Below are positions 40,282 through 46,141 of a stretch of DNA of 46,687 nucleotides, piece by piece; position 1 is the first letter of the stretch; every line of letters begins with the position of its first letter. Under the pieces are notes generated by a model. That model had not been told where the DNA came from. It worked only from the letters and a program-made list of their open reading frames with translations, and did no database searches. Source of the DNA: a virus; IMG/VR virus record IMGVR_UViG_3300027908_000010, positions 1 to 46,687 of that record; one strand, given 5' to 3'. A program made the translations under genes and the position numbers.

Positions 40282-40475
40282 TGACTCTCCGATGTTGCGC
40301 CGCTGCGCAAGCAGTGTGGGCGGGCTCTGACAGGGCTTGAGTACTTGCCCCTAGTTTCGCCTTGCAGGCGGGTGGCACTGTTAGTCGGGAACGCTGCACA
40401 TCCAGCAGCTCCGGACGTTACGTTTTGCGCCGTGGGGGATCTCGCCCGTTTCCTGAGTTTCCTGTCAGGGCCCAT
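40278..40475 (-). CDS. doubtful 65-aa Arg/Ser-rich ORF filling the gap upstream of dam
   Basis: GTGA overlap with the dam start. Low-complexity composition. Could equally be noncoding leader. Confidence 0.2.
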   Translation of the reverse strand: MGPDRKLRKRARSPTAQNVTSGAAGCAAFPTNSATRLQGETRGKYSSPVRARPHCLRSGATSESQ

Positions 40476-40480
40476 AACTT

Positions 40481-41189
40481 TTACCTAGGTTCCGGTGTTG
40501 CGCAGGAAGCGCGTCGTGCGATCGAGAGAAGCAAATCCCGAAACGCTAGCGGTGTACGGCTTGCCTCTTTGGGTTTCAGTCGTGGCAGTGGCGAATCGCC
40601 ATGGTTGGCGCAGTATGAAATCTGCGCAGTCGGCTCCGGCACCGACCAATCAAGGGATGGCGGCGTGCCGGGTCCAAAGAAATATAGCCACGTCAGCTTG
40701 CGCGCCTTGTGGCCGTACGCTCCCTGAGATACCTGGGCGACCCAGCCGCCGCAGATAGCCTTCACCCAGCCCGCTCGAGGAGGCCGTGGCAGGCCAAACT
40801 TCGGCCACGCATACGAGAAGGCCGGATGCTCAAGAACGCCTCCCCAGCGCCGTACGGCTGCGAGCGCGGCGGCAAAGCAACCGCCATCGTCACCCACCTT
40901 GTAGCCGTAGCGCTTCTGGATGATGTAGGCGAGCTGGCACCAACGAGAACACGGGGGGATGAGCGACTACGGGATGCGGCCCTTTGTAGGCTCTGGCGTC
41001 TCGATCGAGGGTCCACGGATGAACACCAGGGAGTCCGCAATACACACCGTCAGTTTCCACGAAAAGGGCAGCAACAATCGGCATATAGGTACATGGACAG
41101 TCGGATACGCAATCCCCATCGCCGCTATAGCCAGCGCCATTGCAATCCACGCACACCGGGTCAGGCAGGCACATTAAGCGATCATCCAT
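40481..41189 (-). pseudogene. Cys-rich N-terminus plus C5-cytosine-methyltransferase-like core (HPPC ... LEHP ... QxxYGHxAxKxT), interrupted by a +1 frameshift at a C6 run
   Basis: ORFs 40890..41189 and 40481..40897 join if one C of the run (G6 on + strand, 40953..40958) is skipped. The read-through is ...VVAHPP|CSRWCQLAYIIQKRYGYKVGDDGGCFAAAL... Confidence 0.7.
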
Positions 41190-41313
41190 TGTGACCAGTG
41201 CATACGCGCTTCAAATATCCGCAGCGCTGGCAGCGCGCAAAGTACGGGATGCCCAACTCATCAACCAGCGACCTATAGAACAGGTGGCCTTTGAACCAGC
41301 AGATCACTCGCAT
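41182..41313 (-). CDS. 43-aa zinc-ribbon-like mini-protein (below the ORF-track cutoff)
   Basis: Hand translation gives MRVICWFKGHLFYRSLVDELGIPYFARCQRCGYLKRVCTGHNG. The start shares one base with the upstream stop. Its end overlaps the next ATG (ATGGATGA). Confidence 0.4.
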   Translation of the reverse strand: MRVICWFKGHLFYRSLVDELGIPYFARCQRCGYLKRVCTGHNG

Positions 41314-41615
41314 CACGGCGCTGTCACCCGCTCTGGATGCCACGGGCATAGCTCCCATTCGCCTACTTCCTCGCGCTTGCGGTCGGCCTCGGGCGGTTTC
41401 TTCAGCTCAAGACAGTTATCGCAGGCCCAAGCTCTTTGGTATGTGGCCCAAGGCGGCGCGTCGATACACGGTAGGTCGAGTTCGTAGAACAGCCCGTCGC
41501 GGTCGATTGGATCGACGCTGATCACGGTGGTTTCCTTGCCAGCATAGTAATGCGGCTCCCCGTCGTAACAGCGGCAACTGCGCACGATGCAAACGTCGCC
41601 AACCTTGAATTTCAC
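41313..41615 (-). CDS. Cys-containing hypothetical protein
   Basis: 100 aa. GTG start with AGGAGA 7 nt upstream. Confidence 0.55.
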   Translation of the reverse strand: MKFKVGDVCIVRSCRCYDGEPHYYAGKETTVISVDPIDRDGLFYELDLPCIDAPPWATYQRAWACDNCLELKKPPEADRKREEVGEWELCPWHPERVTAP

Positions 41616-41642
41616 GGCTATTTCTCCTGAGTCACTTTCGCA

Positions 41643-41867
41643 CTAGGAGTGCGTCTCTCCAATATTTGTAAGCTCTTGCTTCCAAGCCTTCACGATCTCA
41701 TTCAGCTTTTCGCGTATGTACTGGATGTCGCTAGGGCGGTCGATGTTGATGACAGCTTCCCTAGGGTCGCCGGGGCCGCTGCTGTCCCTGAACGTCAGGG
41801 ACGCGCTAGACCACGACTTCTCGACGGTCACCAAAGCAACCTCGACCGTGACGCGCCTAGTTCTCAC
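41643..41867 (-). CDS. hypothetical small protein
   Basis: 74 aa ORF in the operon. Confidence 0.5.
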   Translation of the reverse strand: MRTRRVTVEVALVTVEKSWSSASLTFRDSSGPGDPREAVINIDRPSDIQYIREKLNEIVKAWKQELTNIGETHS

Positions 41868-42102
41868 GCGCCGCCCTATTCGCGTCGTTGCGCTCTATCT
41901 GCCGCAGCCTACGGGCGATCTCTTGTTCACCCTGCTTCTGGACAGGGGCATGACTGCGCCGCAGGCGGAAGCTCTTAGAGCGTCTGGCGAGCTGATGCTC
42001 AAAGCCGTTCACTCGATTGTTGACTTGGCTGAAGATGTCCTTCAGCAACGCCATGCCGGTCAGTATCTTGGCTTGGGCTTTCACTAAAATGCTGTTTTTC
42101 AT
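41857..42102 (-). CDS. hypothetical basic helical protein
   Basis: 81 aa, ATG start. Confidence 0.5.
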   Translation of the reverse strand: MKNSILVKAQAKILTGMALLKDIFSQVNNRVNGFEHQLARRSKSFRLRRSHAPVQKQGEQEIARRLRQIERNDANRAAREN

Positions 42103-42131
42103 GCGTGAATCACTCCGTCTCTAACAACAGT

Positions 42132-42507
42132 TCAACTGGCTCTCTTGAACACTTTGCTCGCTGGCCAATCTGCCGCGAGCATGAGGTCCTTCTGCACCAC
42201 AAGATAAAGCTCGTATTCGGTTCCGTAACGCTTGTTGAAGATCTTCCTGCCTGCAGCAATCGAGGCAGGAGTTCCTACTCCTCGCCAGAACTGCCTCTGC
42301 GGCTCGGTCCACTGTCCGCGGTGATGCCCGGCACACAGGGGCAGAGTAAATGCATGGCCTAGCCTGTGGCCGCGCAAGATGTGGTGGACCTCCGGAGGAA
42401 ACCCAATTCCAGTAGCGGAGGGACTCGATTCGACACGCCACGCACCCTAACTGCAGCATGCGGGTGAATCGTTCCTGCTCGGCACGGGTGGGTTTGGGGT
42501 GGTTCAT
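42132..42507 (-). pseudogene. HNH-type nuclease (Ref / DUF968-like CxxC...HH...PLCxxHH), split by a +1 frameshift
   Basis: Frame 1 from ATG 42507 reads MNHPKPTRAEQERFTRMLQLGCVACRIE... The +1 frame reads ...GIGFPPEVHHILRGHRLGHAFTLPLCAGHHRGQW... to the stop at 42132. The two halves of a single zinc/HNH motif therefore lie in different frames. Confidence 0.7.
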
Positions 42508-42830
42508 AGGTTTCCATGCCTGCGATTGGCGTTGCAGCTCCTCCAAACTTCCACAATCAGCTCCTCCGTCATTCGTTTGGCCTTGACCTTTTCGTGTTCG
42601 ATAATGGCCGTAACCAATTCACCTTCAGCCGCAATCACTCCCGGGGCAGCCTCAGCACTGGCTTTGCGAGCTTCCACACTGCCACTGAAGAGTGCGAAGT
42701 GCTTTGCTCGAGCCAACTTACAGCCGTACTCGCGTCTAGCGACGTTGCCCTTGAGTTCTGCAGCCAGCTCATCGGTCGATGAGAGGTATTCCAAGGCTTG
42801 GGAACAACGCTCTTCGGTCACGATGCTCAT
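42504..42830 (-). CDS. hypothetical helical protein
   Basis: 108 aa. ATGA-coupled on both sides. Confidence 0.6.
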   Translation of the reverse strand: MSIVTEERCSQALEYLSSTDELAAELKGNVARREYGCKLARAKHFALFSGSVEARKASAEAAPGVIAAEGELVTAIIEHEKVKAKRMTEELIVEVWRSCNANRRHGNL

Positions 42831-43063
42831 CGCACAGAAGCCTCAAGTCCGGAATCGTCAATGTCACGATAAGGCTGCGGCGGTCCCACAGCAGCCTCAA
42901 TCGCCTCCTCCAAGTCCGTGTGAAGCCAGTTGCCGGGATCGCTCTGCACAAGCTTCAGCAAATGGCAAAGTCGTTCAATTTCAGCCAGAGGCTTAAAACC
43001 GCACTTCTGGCACGAAGGCGGGTCGTACAAGGACGCGAGCCAATGATGCTTGCAGTTCTTCAT
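42827..43063 (-). CDS. Cys-containing small protein
   Basis: 78 aa. CKHHW...CQKCG. Confidence 0.5.
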   Translation of the reverse strand: MKNCKHHWLASLYDPPSCQKCGFKPLAEIERLCHLLKLVQSDPGNWLHTDLEEAIEAAVGPPQPYRDIDDSGLEASVR

Positions 43064-43839
43064 CGCGTGAAGCTCGGATCAAAGTTTCTGCGAAATTTCC
43101 ACAGCGCCAGCAAATGCTGGAACGGGATAAAGTGATTGGTGTCGTCGTCCCATTCGTGCGGATAGATGAGGCCCGGAACCGTGGAGCTGATGAAGAGGTT
43201 GATTTTCTTCACCCAAGGCTTACCGGCAGCTTCTGCTTGGCACCACAACTGCATCGCATGCTCTGGGTAAGCAAAGGTCTTATCCGGCATGGCTTTGAAG
43301 TCTTTGCACTTGAAATCGATCACGGCCTCTTCGGAGTGAAGATCGAGCTTGCAGCCATAGCCTGATGGGTGAGCGAAACTCTGCTCGGCATGCCACTTCT
43401 GAACCTTGGGGAAGCGGCAGAGGATCCAAGACACGACCGGCATCACGTAGGGCTTATGCTCTTCGGATACCGCCTGGCCTTCGTAATAGCCTTGAATGGC
43501 TGCGTGAAGCTCTGTGCCGCGATTACGCGCCTTATCAGCCTGAGCCCCTGCATCCACCTTGGCGCGGGTGATAAACGCTTCCAGCGTCTCTCCTTCGATC
43601 CTGGGGAGGGTCATCGAGGCGAGGTACGCCTGATTGATGAGCCATTGAGTGAGCTGAGGTTTAGCCTCAAGCTGAGCAATAGCCGAAAACCCCGGTACAA
43701 GTCCGAGCTTTCTGGCGTCCCGCAGAGTGCAAGGACGCATCTTGCCGTTAGAACCCAGAATTTCGTAAGCGGCTGAGCCATCCTGGCGATACCAGTGCTG
43801 GGATTCGCTTGCGAGGCCAGTTGTGACTTGAGCGTCCAT
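43060..43839 (-). CDS. PD-(D/E)xK exonuclease (YqaJ/lambda-Exo or Cas4-like recombination nuclease)
   Basis: 259 aa. GTELHAAIQ ... KLDLHSEEAVIDFKCK is a D...(D/E)xK arrangement. Adjacent to the SSB gene. Confidence 0.7.
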   Translation of the reverse strand: MDAQVTTGLASESQHWYRQDGSAAYEILGSNGKMRPCTLRDARKLGLVPGFSAIAQLEAKPQLTQWLINQAYLASMTLPRIEGETLEAFITRAKVDAGAQADKARNRGTELHAAIQGYYEGQAVSEEHKPYVMPVVSWILCRFPKVQKWHAEQSFAHPSGYGCKLDLHSEEAVIDFKCKDFKAMPDKTFAYPEHAMQLWCQAEAAGKPWVKKINLFISSTVPGLIYPHEWDDDTNHFIPFQHLLALWKFRRNFDPSFTR

Positions 43840-44228
43840 CAGAACGGAATATCGTCGTCGAATTCGTTGTCGGTCGCGACTTCCTCTTTCGGAGGAGGGG
43901 GAGGTTTCGGGCCAGCCTTCGGCGTTCGAAGGCGCAAGCCCCCGACGATCTTTCCGCCAAAGCTCACGTTCGGATCCACGTAGACTTTGACCTTGTTGCC
44001 GATCCAGTGGTCAGTGTCATCGCCATACGCCTGCTCGAGCACGCGGATGGTCGTCATATTCATCGCCATGCCCTTGGCCTCTTCCTTGAAATAGAGGACC
44101 CATTTCTGGTCGCCCTGGTCTCCAGACATGTCTTCGAGCTTGACCGATTTAATGGTCATCACCCGGTCTTCGTCGAAGTCCTCCTTGCGCAGGAACTTGC
44201 TGACGATCATTTCGCTTACCTTTGGCAT
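43839..44228 (-). CDS. ssb: single-stranded DNA-binding protein with a host-SSB-like acidic tip
   Basis: 129 aa from ATG 44228, with GGGAGGA SD. Gly/Pro linker PKAGPKPPPPPKEE. The C-terminus NEFDDDIPF carries the DDDIPF tip found at the E. coli SSB C-terminus. Confidence 0.75.
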   Translation of the reverse strand: MPKVSEMIVSKFLRKEDFDEDRVMTIKSVKLEDMSGDQGDQKWVLYFKEEAKGMAMNMTTIRVLEQAYGDDTDHWIGNKVKVYVDPNVSFGGKIVGGLRLRTPKAGPKPPPPPKEEVATDNEFDDDIPF

Positions 44229-44362
44229 ACATCCTCCCGTATTCGTAAATCCATCATGTCGAGCCACGCCAAGTAGGCGGGATCGGAATCAAGTTGTGCG
44301 CGCTCTTCCTCGTAGCGCTGCTGCTCGTTCTCTTCCTGCTGCCGCCAGTCCGCTCCGCTCAT
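44216..44362 (-). CDS. possible 48-aa acidic mini-protein
   Basis: Hand translation gives MSGADWRQQEENEQQRYEEERAQLDSDPAYLAWLDMMDLRIREDVCQR. It overlaps the ssb start and carries its SD. Confidence 0.3.
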   Translation of the reverse strand: MSGADWRQQEENEQQRYEEERAQLDSDPAYLAWLDMMDLRIREDVCQR

Positions 44363-44445
44363 GAGAACGGACTCCAAAGGACGATAGCGAAGCCCAAGAT
44401 TGCGCAGAAGAAGGTGAAATAGGTCAGAAGCGTGTCTTTATCCAC
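44359..44445 (-). CDS. possible 28-aa single-TM peptide
   Basis: Hand translation gives VDKDTLLTYFTFFCAILGFAIVLWSPFS. GTGGATAA overlap upstream and TCATGA overlap downstream. Confidence 0.25.
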   Translation of the reverse strand: MDKDTLLTYFTFFCAILGFAIVLWSPFS

Positions 44446-44635
44446 GGGTCACCTCTTCGAAGAAAGCATCCACCTCGGCCATCTGCAGCCGCAGTTGCTC
44501 GGCTTTGCAGCGCAGGGGACGCATTTGAATGTTGAGCTTTGCCAGTTCGTACTGCATGTCCGCCCGGTATTCGATGAGCGCCTGGCGCTCTGCGATGTCT
44601 AAGGTGACTGCTGCCATAAGTTGTGCTGCGCTCAT
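44438..44635 (-). CDS. first leftward gene: 65-aa coiled-coil protein
   Basis: ATG 44635 (MSAAQLMAAV...) lies 2-3 nt past the predicted leftward transcription start. The longer track ORF would run through the promoter region. Confidence 0.5.
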   Translation of the reverse strand: MSAAQLMAAVTLDIAERQALIEYRADMQYELAKLNIQMRPLRCKAEQLRLQMAEVDAFFEEVTRG

Positions 44636-44703
44636 GGAAGATACGATATACGCGCTTCTGCGAATGTTGTCAAATTTATGCGAAATGACGTAACATCGGA
44701 CGC
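44636..44703. promoter_or_regulatory. Divergent back-to-back promoters sharing one -35 element, flanked by TGCGAA(A)TG repeats
   Basis: Rightward: TTGTCA (44667..44672), 18 nt spacer, TAACAT (44691..44696), ATG 44704. Leftward: TTGACA (complement of 44668..44673), 17 nt spacer, TATATC (complement of 44645..44650), ATG 44635. Repeats TGCGAATG (44659..44666) and TGCGAAATG (44679..44687). Confidence 0.55.
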
Positions 44704-44949
44704 ATGGTAGACCCAATAGAGCTTCTACGACAACGCCTCGAGGGCCATTCGCAGCGAGAAATTGCACGCGCGGCTGGGGTTTCGGACTCTCACTTGAGCG
44801 ACATTTTAAGCTGTCGCAGGAGCCCCAAGGGGGTTTTGAAGTTCTTGGGTTTAGAGAAACGAGTCACATATCACTACGCAAATGGATCTGTATCTCAACG
44901 AGGAACTCATCGGGCGCGTATCTCCCGAGGGGATCGTCGTGGAGCTTGA
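44704..44949 (+). CDS. Cro-like HTH regulator, first rightward gene
   Basis: 81 aa. GHSQREIARAAGVSDSHLSDILSCRR is an HTH. No obvious SD. Confidence 0.75.
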   Translation: MVDPIELLRQRLEGHSQREIARAAGVSDSHLSDILSCRRSPKGVLKFLGLEKRVTYHYANGSVSQRGTHRARISRGDRRGA

Positions 44950-45051
44950 AATGGACTTTCTGTGCTGGCCTGCGCTTGCGATTCTTGCTTGTGCGGCGCG
45001 ATGTCCCGCACCATAATCGCTATCGGCGGCTTACCGTGACTGATCCTCACG

Positions 45052-45094
45052 GGACAGCCGAAAACCAATCGCCCGGTTGCCGCCGTCCTTTTTT
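45052..45094 (+). terminator. imperfect hairpin plus T6 tract between the cro-like and initiator genes (tR1-like candidate)
   Basis: GGACAGC (45052..45058) pairs with GCCGTCC (45082..45088) with one mismatch, followed by T6 (45089..45094). The loop is long (23 nt). A second hairpin, CCGTGA/TCACGG, lies at 45034..45052. Confidence 0.3.
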
Positions 45095-45117
45095 CGGGCG
45101 ACTGGATAGGCGGTTGA

Positions 45118-45618
45118 GTGAGCATTCAAGCGATGGCTTGGGCCATCGAACAGCAGGACATATTAGAATCAGGTGCAAGGCACCTTTTGCTGTGTCTGTG
45201 CAATTACGCCGACCAGAACGGCGATTCGATCTTCCCTTCCACCAAACGCCTCAGCCGGGACACAGGAATGGACCGGCGCACTGTACAGCGTCACCTTCGC
45301 AGACTCGAAAAGAGCATTCTCATCGTGCGCAGTAATGCAGCCATTGTGGTAGCTCAGATACGCCGCGGCGACCGCCGTCCAATGTGCTATCGAGTCGTTA
45401 TGACGGGGCGGCATAATGCCACCCCGTTGATAGTACGGGGCGGCAGTAGTGCGCCTACGGAGCGGCATGTAGGTACATCACCGGGCGGCGTATTGCCGCC
45501 CGATCCGTCATCTGAACCGTCAATTAAACCTCGGAGCGTTTTACAAAACGATCCGGACTCTGAGAAGAACTTCCTGAGATTCCTTGAAGAGCTTGACGGC
45601 AAAGTGGTGAAGCAATGA
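45118..45618 (+). CDS. replication initiator-like winged-helix protein (lambda O analogue)
   Basis: 166 aa, GTG start. AMAWAIEQQ...GARHLLLCLCNYADQNGDSIFPSTKRLSRDTGMDRRTVQRHLRRLEK is typical of phage wHTH replication/DnaD-like proteins. The iteron array lies in its low-complexity middle. Confidence 0.7.
   Translation: MSIQAMAWAIEQQDILESGARHLLLCLCNYADQNGDSIFPSTKRLSRDTGMDRRTVQRHLRRLEKSILIVRSNAAIVVAQIRRGDRRPMCYRVVMTGRHNATPLIVRGGSSAPTERHVGTSPGGVLPPDPSSEPSIKPRSVLQNDPDSEKNFLRFLEELDGKVVKQ
45403..45497 (+). repeat. Four ~18-bp iteron-like direct repeats (candidate origin of replication)
   Basis: ACGGGGCGGCATAATGCC (45403), ACGGGGCGGCAGTAGTGC (45435), ACGGAGCGGCATGTAGGT (45457), ACCGGGCGGCGTATTGCC (45480). 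Spacings are 32, 22 and 23 bp. A more AT-rich stretch follows (caattaaacc...gttttacaaaacgat). Confidence 0.6.
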
Positions 45619-45896
45619 CCGAAGTACAGCTTGAAGGGCTACTCGATTGGTTCATTCGCAAAAACCTCTTACCTGCAGAACCTCGAGCGTACTACCGTGA
45701 CATTTACCGCACGGCTTGCCGCGGACTCACGACTGAAGAACTCAAGGCTGGGTGTTGCGCGGTGCAGAAGAAGCATTTTCCGAAAGCTCCGCACCCACTG
45801 ACCTTCAAAGCTCTTTGCCTTGGGGAATGGCAGCCAGCAACCCACGAACAGGCGAAGAAGCACATTCAGGCCATGAGAAAGGCTATTAATCCATGA
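45615..45896 (+). CDS. short lambda P-like protein (candidate helicase-loader remnant)
   Basis: 93 aa. TEELKAGCCAVQKKHFPKAPHPLTFKALC parallels lambda P GMRVARRQNRPFLPSPGQFVAWC as I recall it. ATGA-coupled to the initiator gene. Confidence 0.45.
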   Translation: MTEVQLEGLLDWFIRKNLLPAEPRAYYRDIYRTACRGLTTEELKAGCCAVQKKHFPKAPHPLTFKALCLGEWQPATHEQAKKHIQAMRKAINP

Positions 45897-46141
45897 ACGA
45901 GCAAATCAACTGGGTACCGTTGCCTCGAAAGCGGCCGAAGAAGGTAAAGCTTCCTGATGCTTTGGAGCGCGCAGAACGGCTAATCGATTGGTACCGAGCG
46001 AACAAGCCAGATATTGCGCGCATTGCCGTTTCAGAAAGCTACTACAGGTCCTTCGAGGAGGGGGTAGGAACATACGGAATTCGTCTTACAAGTGCTGGTT
46101 TGGTGTGGCGCGATTTTCTTCTTTACGTAGCTCCAACATGA
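45893..46141 (+). CDS. hypothetical protein
   Basis: 82 aa, ATGA-coupled. Confidence 0.55.
   Translation: MNEQINWVPLPRKRPKKVKLPDALERAERLIDWYRANKPDIARIAVSESYYRSFEEGVGTYGIRLTSAGLVWRDFLLYVAPT

Noticed and set aside
40362-41487. Several + strand ORFs (40362..40727, 40709..41194, 41140..41487) opposite the leftward operon
   Set aside because: They are antisense to minus-strand genes that have recognisable motifs and coupled junctions. Their compositions are Arg/Ser-rich.
44907-45335. ORFs 44946..45335 (+) and 44907..45125 (-) covering the cro-to-initiator spacer
   Set aside because: Their sequences are Arg-rich and non-native. They overlap the well-supported initiator gene out of frame. The region is better explained by RNA structure.
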